From a bacterium (GTDB lineage Bacteria; UBP14; UBA6098; B30-G16): a stretch of DNA of 28,682 nt. The translations under genes were made by a program, and so were the position numbers. Below are positions 1-8,100 of the stretch, one piece after another. The stretch spans positions 1-28,682 of the forward strand of contig JAGGRZ010000119.1 of the NCBI GenBank assembly GCA_021159335.1, in the 5' to 3' direction. The stretch's first letter is position 1, and each line of letters opens with the position of its first letter. The notes under the pieces are model-generated. The model was not told the origin of the DNA and did not search any database. It worked only from the letters and a program-made list of their open reading frames with translations.

Positions 1-12
1 CAATTTTTGTTC

Positions 13-45
13 AAAAAAGTAGGGAGCCCCGGGGGAGGGCTCCCT
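13..45 (-). terminator. Rho-independent terminator downstream of hpf (minus strand)
   Basis: Inverted repeat AGGGAGCCC (21-29) / GGGCTCCCT (37-45) with a 7-nt loop. On the minus strand it is followed by AC then TTTTTT (plus A13-A18). It lies just 3' of the hpf stop at 87. Confidence 0.6.
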
Positions 46-86
46 TGGGCCAGCAGGAGGGGGTTGTTGGGATGGGGGTAAGCTTT

Positions 87-395
87 TTAATGTTTTTTGT
101 TGTTGCGCACCCTGTCGTGAAAGTCCTTTAGCAACCGCTCCATTTTATGCGCAACCTTATCTATACCAGTAAAAAGGTCGTGGTCCTCGACTTTCGAGAA
201 AAGCTTTCTTCCCGAGACGCTCATGAAAAGCTCTATAAGATACCTATTGCCTCTGTTCTGGGTTATAGTAAGCTGCGTGTCAATGATCTTATCAAAAAAC
301 TTCGCCAGAGGCAGAATCCGTTTTTCCGCATAGCTCCTTACCTCCGGCGTTATGTCAAAGTGTCTCGCGGCGATTCTTAATTCAAGCTTTTGCAT
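87..395 (-). CDS. hpf: Ribosome hibernation promoting factor / ribosome-associated inhibitor (short HPF/YfiA type)
   Basis: The 102-aa translation MQKLELRIAARHFDITPEVRSYAEKRILPLAKFFDKIIDTQLTITQ... matches the HPF/RaiA fold family. ATG at 395 is preferred over the tracked TTG at 401 because SD AAAGGAG sits 7 nt upstream. Confidence 0.85.
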   Translation of the reverse strand: MQKLELRIAARHFDITPEVRSYAEKRILPLAKFFDKIIDTQLTITQNRGNRYLIELFMSVSGRKLFSKVEDHDLFTGIDKVAHKMERLLKDFHDRVRNNKKH

Positions 396-440
396 TTCCA
401 ATCTCCTTTCTCATAAATTTTATGCAAAAACTGTGCCATA

Positions 441-1289
441 TTACCTACTGCTTCCGCTCGGTATCATGACCGGGATTGACCTTAAGTCCTCTGGAAGAAG
501 GATTATAGTATTGTTCGGGGAGTTTATAAGTTGTTTAAGCACTTCTATTCTATACCACCTGATGTAGTTAGCCGTAAGACTTTGCGCTATTATTCTGTTC
601 GCCTCTCGAATCCCCTCGGCTTCTATTATTTTCCGCTGTTTCTCACGCTTCTCCCGCTCCAGAACGAACTGCATACGTTGTGCCTCCTGATCAGCGGCTA
701 TCTTGGCATTTATGGCATCCTCTATCTTCTTGGGAAGTTTAACATTGCGCAGAAGAATCTTATCGATCTCTATTCCTTTGCCTTTGGCAAGCTCAATGGA
801 GTGCTTGTGAATCTCGTCAACGATAACATCGCGCTTCGAGGAATATATATCTTCAGCAGTGTGTTTTACGGCTATGTCTCTTATAGCCGTCCTAAGAAGT
901 GGGCGGACTATTTTGCTTACATAGTCCTTGCCTATTTTCTCGTAAACTTTAGGAGCATCCTCGGGGATAAGCCTGTACCAAGCCGTTATGTCGAGCTTTA
1001 TTTTTAATCCTTCAGATGTTAATGCCTCTATAGCGTCATCACCTTTTATTTCTCCTTCTGCCGTCGCAGCTGACATAGTATAAGCCTGCAGACGAGTGTC
1101 CATTTTTACCACTTTGTAAAGCGGATTTATAATGTGCAAACCGTTGTGAAGCACTTTTGGGGAAACCTTGCCGAAAAGAACTTTAACCCCAACAAAACCC
1201 GGCGGAATAATAACTATCGGATTAAGAAACAAAAGCACAATAACGATTATCACGACGACAAAAACAGTCGCAGCCCTAATGCGCCACAT
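441..1289 (-). CDS. SPFH/band-7 (stomatin/prohibitin/HflKC-like) membrane protein
   Basis: N-terminal hydrophobic anchor followed by an SPFH core and a coiled-coil region (EAQRMQFVLEREKREKQRKIIEAEGIREANRIIAQSL). SD AGGAGG lies 5 nt upstream of ATG 1289. Confidence 0.85.
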   Translation of the reverse strand: MWRIRAATVFVVVIIVIVLLFLNPIVIIPPGFVGVKVLFGKVSPKVLHNGLHIINPLYKVVKMDTRLQAYTMSAATAEGEIKGDDAIEALTSEGLKIKLDITAWYRLIPEDAPKVYEKIGKDYVSKIVRPLLRTAIRDIAVKHTAEDIYSSKRDVIVDEIHKHSIELAKGKGIEIDKILLRNVKLPKKIEDAINAKIAADQEAQRMQFVLEREKREKQRKIIEAEGIREANRIIAQSLTANYIRWYRIEVLKQLINSPNNTIILLPEDLRSIPVMIPSGSSR

Positions 1290-1330
1290 TTAAACCTCCT
1301 GTTTAGACAAAATCAATAAGTTCCCACAAA

Positions 1331-2038
1331 TTATTCTTCTTGAAATAATTTCTTCCCTTTAAGGATTTGTGCCGTTTTGGCATAGTCTGCCGTTTTAAAA
1401 AAACCGTTGCCCGCTACAATCAAGTTCGCTCCCGCGTCTATAACTTTGGAGACAGTCTCGCTGTTTATCCCACCGTCCACTGCTATAAGTCTTACCAAAC
1501 CCTGTCGTCTTGCCGATTCAGCAAACATTTCTATTTTGGGCAACACCTCTGGAATAAACTTTTGACCGGCAAAACCCGGATGAACACTCATAATAAGCAC
1601 AAGGTCAAAAAAACTCACGACCTCATCCACATTCTCAACCCATGTCTCCGGATTAAACGCAATTCCTGCATAGACTCCTATAGCTTCCCTAAACTTTTCC
1701 CATGAGCTTTTGTCCTTAAGCACCTCGATATGAGCCGTTATTATTCTTGCTCCGAGCTCTTCGAAAACTGGTGCGTAAAATATCGGATCAGTTACCATAA
1801 GATGTGCCTCACAGGGCAACATGGACTTACCTATCACCGCTTTTGCTACTGGCGGCCCAAAACTTATATTAGGAACGAAATGACCGTCCATAATGTCGAG
1901 GTGAATCATGTCCGCACCAGCCGCCTCAAGCGATTCTATCTCATCGCCGAGTCTAAGGAAATCTGCGGCCAGAATGGATGGGGCAAGAATAACTCCACCG
2001 CTATTTTTGAGAATAGAAGTCAAATCAAACTTATGCAT
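1331..2038 (-). CDS. rpe: Ribulose-phosphate 3-epimerase
   Basis: ILAPSILAADF...ADMIHLDIMDGHFVPNISFGP...MSVHPGFAGQKF are classic Rpe TIM-barrel motifs. SD GGAGG precedes ATG 2038. Overlaps the rnpA 3' end by 8 nt. Confidence 0.95.
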   Translation of the reverse strand: MHKFDLTSILKNSGGVILAPSILAADFLRLGDEIESLEAAGADMIHLDIMDGHFVPNISFGPPVAKAVIGKSMLPCEAHLMVTDPIFYAPVFEELGARIITAHIEVLKDKSSWEKFREAIGVYAGIAFNPETWVENVDEVVSFFDLVLIMSVHPGFAGQKFIPEVLPKIEMFAESARRQGLVRLIAVDGGINSETVSKVIDAGANLIVAGNGFFKTADYAKTAQILKGKKLFQEE

Positions 2039-2381
2039 TTAACCTCCTTCCGATAACCTTACTGAAAAGCTCCGCAAGCTCCCCCCTTAATTCCTTGGAA
2101 AGTTTCCTGTCCGAAAGTTCTTTTACCGCGGGTGAGACTTTAATAAACCACATAGCCCCCTCGGGGAAAACATCGTAATTCACACGACACCATTCTCTTA
2201 TGATTCTTTTTATGCGATTTCTCCTCACCGCCTTGCCGCACCTTTTTGGAACAGCTATAAGAAATCTTGGGCTACCGTCACATTCTGCTTCGCGGATTTC
2301 GAGCAATTTTCCCCTTATCCTCTTTTCAGAACTTACAAGTTTTATAACCTCATGTCTTATTTTTACCGCTGGCAATCGCAT
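2031..2381 (-). CDS. rnpA: Ribonuclease P protein component
   Basis: The 116-aa basic protein carries the RNR-type motif KAVRRNRIKRIIRE. Its start ATG overlaps the ssb stop in TAATG. Confidence 0.85.
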   Translation of the reverse strand: MRLPAVKIRHEVIKLVSSEKRIRGKLLEIREAECDGSPRFLIAVPKRCGKAVRRNRIKRIIREWCRVNYDVFPEGAMWFIKVSPAVKELSDRKLSKELRGELAELFSKVIGRRLNA

Positions 2382-2854
2382 TAGAACGGAACATTATCAG
2401 TAGGTCCCAGTTCTTCTTCGGAATCGATGTTCGGGATTTCTGGCGTTTGCTCATCCAGCACCTCGGTTTCCTGCTCTAAAACCGCTTCCTCAGCCAGCGA
2501 GGCTTCCCCGACTGCTGTGCCTCTCCTCGTTAAAGGTATAACACGCCACGCATGGATTTCGGTTACATTTCGGGTGTTGCCGTTTCTATCCTCCCACTGA
2601 CGATATCTTATCTCACCCTCCACAAACACGAGGGTTCCTTTTTTGAGCTTTTCAGCAAGAGTTTCTGCCCTTCCTGCAGGAACCCAATATACCACTGTGT
2701 GCCATTCGGTCCTCTGTTGAGGCTCACCGCTACGGTCGATCCACCTTCTATTAGTGGCGACTCTTATGTTAAGAACGGCTCTTTCCCCGCCCGTGTTATA
2801 GCGAGGCTCTACATCCTGTCCAATGTTACCAATGAGAATAACTCTGTTATACAT
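2381..2854 (-). CDS. ssb: Single-stranded DNA-binding protein
   Basis: OB-fold SSB N-terminus (RVILIGNIGQDVEPRYNTGGERAVLNIRVATNRRWIDRSGE...TEWH). Acidic C-terminal tail ends in DNVPF. ATG 2854 with SD AGGTGG is preferred over the in-frame GTG at 2866. Confidence 0.9.
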   Translation of the reverse strand: MYNRVILIGNIGQDVEPRYNTGGERAVLNIRVATNRRWIDRSGEPQQRTEWHTVVYWVPAGRAETLAEKLKKGTLVFVEGEIRYRQWEDRNGNTRNVTEIHAWRVIPLTRRGTAVGEASLAEEAVLEQETEVLDEQTPEIPNIDSEEELGPTDNVPF

Positions 2855-3785
2855 TTTTATCACCACCTTCTAAGGAAAGTTCTACTATTCTATCCAGCAA
2901 CTGTGGGAAGTCGATTCCCACAGCCTTCGCCGCCATCGGAACGAGCGATAAATCCGTCATTCCCGGCAGCGTATTAACTTCAAGACAATAAATTTCGCCT
3001 TCATCGGATAATCTAAAATCTACTCTCCCATAACCACGGCACCCCAAGGCATTAAATGCCTTCAGGGCAAGCTTTTTAAAGCGCCTCGTTTGCTCATCCG
3101 CAAGCGGTGCAGGGCAAATGTACTCCGTAAGACCATGTGTGTATTTGTGTTTATAATCGTAGAACCCGCTTTGGGGCACAATCTCTATAGGCGGTAGCGC
3201 GCTTTTACCCAGAATTCCCACCGAAATTTCCTTCCCTGGAATGTATTCCTCGACGATGACATTTTCTCCAAACTTCCCCGCCGTCTTTATACCATCTGCC
3301 AGCTCGTCCACTGAATTAACTATCGTCACGCCAACAGTGGAGCCCTGGCATTCGGGTTTGGTTACTAACGGAAACTCAAAGTCATTTGCAGCAAGAAAAT
3401 CAGTTAGTCTCTCTTTGCTCAATTCGTTTGCACGAAAAACGCTCCAGCGCGGCGTAGGAATCCCATAATGTTCAAATATTATCTTCGAGAGGATTTTGTT
3501 CATTCCAAGAGCGGAAGCCAAGGAACCTGAACCTGTGAACTTTATTCCAGCCACCTCTAAAATAGCCTGAATCCTTCCGTCCTCGCCGAAACCGCCATGA
3601 TAGCCTATAAAAACCACATCAAAGGTTTTTAGCTCGTTAATTTTTCTTAAAACCTCACTCTCACTAATATCGAATTCGTGGACCTGATGACCTGCTTGTC
3701 TCAGACCGCGAGAAATAGACTTTCCGCTTTCTCTTGAGACCTCAGATTCTGCCGAGGTACCCCCGTAGATAACGGCTATCCTCAT
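2847..3785 (-). CDS. ddl: D-alanine--D-alanine ligase
   Basis: Full-length ATP-grasp Ddl (MRIAVIYGGTSAESEVSRESG...; EYIPGKEISVGIL...; LEVNTLPGMT). Start overlaps the upstream stop in TAATG. Confidence 0.95.
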   Translation of the reverse strand: MRIAVIYGGTSAESEVSRESGKSISRGLRQAGHQVHEFDISESEVLRKINELKTFDVVFIGYHGGFGEDGRIQAILEVAGIKFTGSGSLASALGMNKILSKIIFEHYGIPTPRWSVFRANELSKERLTDFLAANDFEFPLVTKPECQGSTVGVTIVNSVDELADGIKTAGKFGENVIVEEYIPGKEISVGILGKSALPPIEIVPQSGFYDYKHKYTHGLTEYICPAPLADEQTRRFKKLALKAFNALGCRGYGRVDFRLSDEGEIYCLEVNTLPGMTDLSLVPMAAKAVGIDFPQLLDRIVELSLEGGDKNV

Positions 3786-4198
3786 TATTGTTCCCGATTA
3801 CTATCTTTTCCCTGCTCGACTCGTTCCCGTTTTTCTTCTTCCGGTGTGCCCAAAATAGAATCTAAAAACTTTTTCGCAAAAGAGAGAACTAAGATAAAAA
3901 TCTCTGGGCTGAAAATTTTTGCTAATGCGGAAGTTACTTTTGCAGCAGAGAACAATCTCTCCCTGATAAAAGATGTTATAGCAGCCACCTCGCTTGCGAA
4001 AACCCCTGTTGACTCCATCGTCTTTTTGGCATCGGCAGTAAGGGAAGCCAACGATTCATTAACATTTTTAAGGGTATCCTCCACCGAACCAAGAGTTTTC
4101 CTTAATCGGAATGTGGCCACCAGCGCAACGATAAATAATGCTACTGCACAAAAAGCGATAACCCATAAGGCTACACAAATCCAGAATAACTCGTTCAA
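3785..4198 (-). CDS. DUF948-like membrane-anchored coiled-coil protein
   Basis: N-terminal TM helix (ICVALWVIAFCAVALFIVALVATF) followed by a helical region. This is the layout typical of DUF948 proteins that pair with YtxH-like genes. Confidence 0.6.
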   Translation of the reverse strand: MNELFWICVALWVIAFCAVALFIVALVATFRLRKTLGSVEDTLKNVNESLASLTADAKKTMESTGVFASEVAAITSFIRERLFSAAKVTSALAKIFSPEIFILVLSFAKKFLDSILGTPEEEKRERVEQGKDSNREQ

Positions 4199-4488
4199 GT
4201 CTTCTTCTCCTCCTTGGTTATTTCCACGAACTTTTCAACTCCAGCCCTTACTCCCTCGGCGAACTCTTTCCTGTGCTCCTCAAGTGCTTCTATTTCCTGC
4301 CGAATTATCTCCCTAAGCTTAGCCATGCTTTCTTTTCCGCGCTCCGTGAGCTCTGATGCTTTCTCCTTAATCTTCTCTCGAATCTCCTTGCCCGACTCAG
4401 GAGCGAGAATAATCGAAAGCCCTGCGCCAATGAGTGCTCCCAAACACAAACCGAGCAAAAACGGTAATGTTTCCTTCTTCTCTGCCAT
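4195..4488 (-). CDS. YtxH-like protein (glycine-zipper membrane helix plus coiled coil)
   Basis: LLGLCLGALIGAGLSIILAPESGKE... followed by a K/E-rich helix. ATGA overlap with the DUF948 gene. Confidence 0.6.
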   Translation of the reverse strand: MAEKKETLPFLLGLCLGALIGAGLSIILAPESGKEIREKIKEKASELTERGKESMAKLREIIRQEIEALEEHRKEFAEGVRAGVEKFVEITKEEKKT

Positions 4489-4516
4489 AATGCTTGCTTT
4501 TGACTTTTCACATAAT

Positions 4517-4544
4517 AATTTAACAAAAAAATCGCTTTAGTCAA
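4517..4544 (-). promoter_or_regulatory. Putative sigma70-type promoter for the ytxH-DUF948-ddl-ssb-rnpA-rpe transcription unit
   Basis: Minus strand reads TTGACT (4544-4539), 16-nt spacer, then TGtTAAATT (extended -10 element, 4522-4517). Sits in the 122-bp gap upstream of ytxH ATG 4488. Confidence 0.4.
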
Positions 4545-4610
4545 GGTTAAATGGCAATTTTAGGAGCCTCAAATTCGCTTCTGTAAAACTTTTTGGTGCT
4601 TGGTTTTGTC

Positions 4611-5183
4611 CTATATCATAGGTCTAAGATGCCAGCACTTTTCTTTAAGGCGGCGCATGTCAGCGCGGTATTGGTTGGCTATAACCTCAGCGAGCTCAAA
4701 TGGGTCTATACCGAATTCAGATATTCCACGGTAACCGTTTTCCTCATCCGAATCGATGCAAATCCCGAGGTGAATTTTTGCTGAAACAAGCGTTTTAGTC
4801 GCGCAAGAAATGGTCAGACGATACTTGCCATCATACAGATTGTCGCCCCAGCGCATTACCCCACTTTTAGGGGCACGATGAAGAATTTTTTCCTGTGCTA
4901 TGTTTATGAGTATGTTCTCTTTAAGAATGGCTCTTTCAAGGTCGTCATCGAAATGTTCCACGACGAAGTGAAGCAGGTCAACATTGGGAATTGGTCTTTC
5001 ACGCTGCGCCTCAAGGAGGTCTACATACTGCTCAGGTGAAAGCTTTACGCCGCCTCTGAACGCCACTATGGAATCGCCAACGAGCTTGAACCTTTTAAGT
5101 GCCCAGTGTGGTTTTAGAACCTCAGGGGTAAGCTCAAGCCTATCAGGCGCCAAAAGAAAGGTCATCCGGTAACAATTGCTCAT
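4611..5183 (-). CDS. Hypothetical 190-aa protein, co-transcribed with the GGDEF-STAND gene
   Basis: MSNCYRMTFLLAPDRLELTPEV... Strong SD GGAGG lies 7 nt upstream of ATG 5183. The tracked TTG at 5198 is just the first codon after the upstream TAG. No motif I recognise, in particular no PilZ RxxxR/DxSxxG. It is in the same frame as the upstream gene. Confidence 0.6.
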   Translation of the reverse strand: MSNCYRMTFLLAPDRLELTPEVLKPHWALKRFKLVGDSIVAFRGGVKLSPEQYVDLLEAQRERPIPNVDLLHFVVEHFDDDLERAILKENILINIAQEKILHRAPKSGVMRWGDNLYDGKYRLTISCATKTLVSAKIHLGICIDSDEENGYRGISEFGIDPFELAEVIANQYRADMRRLKEKCWHLRPMI

Positions 5184-5198
5184 TATATGAACCTCCAA

Positions 5199-8100
5199 CT
5201 ATTTTTCAAAAAGAGTTCTTATTTTCTCGTTTCTGTCCTTACGAAGTTTTTTTATCACACCTTCATCAACAAGACTTTCAGGCAGACTTTTCAGCGCTTT
5301 CGCAGCGGCGAATCTTACTTCCTCGGGTTTCTTTTTGAACCCGGAAATTATGGGTTTGGGCAACACCACCTCCGTAAGCATCTCGGCCGCTTTCGATGTG
5401 TCGAGCTTGCCTATAGCCTCACAGGCTTTCACCTGAACTATTGTGGGCAACTCGTCTTCCCAGTGCCGTTTCGGTCTAACGAGCTCAAAAAGTGAATCAA
5501 GCGCCTCGGTAACATTGCGTTCCGATATAGTTTCTATCACTTTTAACAACAATTCCTCGTCCTCTATCGAGTCCAAAAGACTCTTAAGTAACATATCTGT
5601 ATTGGGGTTTTCTGCGCGCACTATGAACTCATAAATGTAAGGTGCGAGCTCCTTATTTTTATAAATTATCTCCGTTATCCTCGGCAACAACAAAGGTTCC
5701 TCCGCAAAGTAGTGCCCTATCTCAAAGAACCTTCGAAGTTGCTTTTGCGGAAAACCCGGGCTTATCCGGGCAAGGAAAATGTCCTTAACCTCGCCACCCA
5801 ACTCTATTAACGCCTTAGTCGCAGCCTTTCTTAATTCGTCGTCATCGCCGAAAAGAATAGCATCAACAAACATCTGAGCTACTTCCTTGGGTGTGAACTG
5901 TTTCATCCACTCCTTGGCACGCTCGCGAGCTTCCTTTTCGCCCGAAACAAGAAGAGACACGACCTCATTGAATCTAAGGAATTTAGGCGGTTTTTCCTTC
6001 ACCTTCTCAACAATCTCTTCCATTTCCTCAACCTTCTCTTCCTCAGCAGCCATAGCCGTTTCCAGCGCTTCCTCTACTTTCGGCTTCTCCTCTTCTTTCT
6101 TTTCCACCTTTTCTTCCTTAACCTCTTCTTTAGACGAGACACCCTCTTTAAGCGCCTCGAACCGCCCGATAATGTCGGCAAGTTTGCCTTCGACCTCCTC
6201 TTTCATGTCCTCGTCCAGCTCCTTCGACCTTAGCGTTTCGAGCAACTCTCTTGCAACACCAGCCAAATCCTCGATAAGTTTTCCATGCTCAGGTGGCAAT
6301 TCAGCAACCTCACCCGCCTCTCCAGCAGCAGTCGCAAAAACAGGCCTTACCATAGGCATAACCTGCTGTTCCCCAACGGCAACGAAGATTATCCTATCAG
6401 GATGTATATGCTCTATGCCAGCCTGCGCACATATTTCTTCCCAGTGGTCTATAACCTCGTCGGGCTTTTTGGTGAAGCTCGTGAGAAACGAAACCAGTTC
6501 GTCCCTATTAATACCGTGAGTGAATATCACGCCTCTTAGACCATAACTTGCAAACAGTCCACCGAGGTCTTTCGCTAATTCCTTATCCCCAAGAGATGGT
6601 GGCAACGGCTGGCCGTTTATGAGAATCGATTCGTCGCTGAAGGATATAATAACGACACTGACGATATTATCAACGAATTCCTTTATCCCGCTGAAAAGCT
6701 TATCCAGTGACTTCTGCACATTCTCGTTGTCTATAGGATAGAGTCTTATGTTCTGGATTGCTGCCCTCATGTTTCTACATATCGTAAGCACCTTCTCGAA
6801 ATCCTCATTAGTAAGCTCGCGCTTCTCAGCCAGTGCATCAAGAAATGTGCGTTTTTGAAGCAGTTGTCTCACTCTATCAGGGATTATCACCGATTGCATC
6901 CCCATCTCGAGTCGTTCGATAAGGTCAACAGCTTCCCTGTATTGTCCGAAAAACTGTCTGTGAAAAGCCAGTCTGCCGATAGCTATGAATCGCTTGCGGG
7001 AGAGTTTCTCGTCGTATTCGGCAACCTTCTTATGAAGCTCAATTTTTTCCTGTTCGTCCAGAGCCTGATAAAGAGCTGCTTTGTTCACACGATGGGAAAA
7101 CACGAACTTCTCGGGGTTTGAAGTGCTTTCAACGAAAAGCGACCTTTCCGCAGTATGAAGTGCGTCAACCACAAGTTGGTTATTAAGCCCCGTTATGGCG
7201 GATATCTCATTGACATCTATAATGTCACCCAAAATAGTGGCAACTTTAAGAACATAAAGTGTTTCGGGTTCCATGCATCCTATTCGTCGGATCAATATGT
7301 CCTCAAGAGAGACGGGTATGTCGTCAGCTCTTATCCCGCTCAGGTCCCATCTGTCGCCCACCACAGTTATTTTCCCGCTCTGAAGCAAATACGAAAGGCT
7401 TTCGATAATGTAAAGTGGCACTCCGTTGGAACTTCTAAGCATCGCCTCCGCTGCCTCAGGAGGAAGTTTTTCCCCATCGAAAATGGCACCCACAAGTTTC
7501 TGGACATCATTAACCGAGAATCGCTCCAGCTCAAGCTTCTTTATTTGCGCATTGGCAGCGATATTTGTCGTAAGCCTGAGTTTCTGGATAAGCATTTCAT
7601 CGCAAAGCGTTATATCGGGCGCATTAACGGTAGCAACATATATAAGCTTTGAGCTTTCGTCGTGCACGAACGCGGTGTCAAGAAACTGCATCGTTGGCTC
7701 ATCTATAAGCTCAATATTATCTATAAGTATGGCACCATCGCCGAGACTTTTAAGGTGAATCATCATTTTTGTAAGCATTTCGAAAACTTTTATGCTGACG
7801 GTCTGGGAGGATTTCAGGGGGTCGATGAAGTCACCGTTTTCCATGCTGAAGCGGGCATTAGCAAGCTCAAGCTCATCTTCCTCAAGACGCCCCAAAACCA
7901 TCTCCTTTATATCAGGATGACGACAGAAAAGGTGGTCGAGAGCCTGGAATATGGCACCATATGGCTCATTGTTCCAGATGGATTTACCTATGAGAAATAG
8001 GTTGAAAGCGAGCTTTTTTTCAGCAAGTTCCTGCGCATAGCGAAGAACTCTCGTCTTGCCGGTTCCCTCACCTCCGAAAATAACCGTGAACACATTCCTA

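Noticed and set aside
531-1007. 158-aa plus-strand ORF
   Set aside because: Antisense to the well-supported SPFH gene. No motif.
4611-5183. PilZ or MshEN c-di-GMP receptor call for the 190-aa protein
   Set aside because: RxxxR/DxSxxG motifs absent. Only a partial LxxEQ...LLEAQ resemblance to the MshEN motif without the RLG half. Too weak to annotate.
5887-6519. 210-aa plus-strand ORF, extremely Ser-rich
   Set aside because: Lies antisense to the E/K-rich coding tract of the STAND gene. Ser-rich translation is the expected mirror image of GAA/GAG/AAG-rich sense codons. No RBS.
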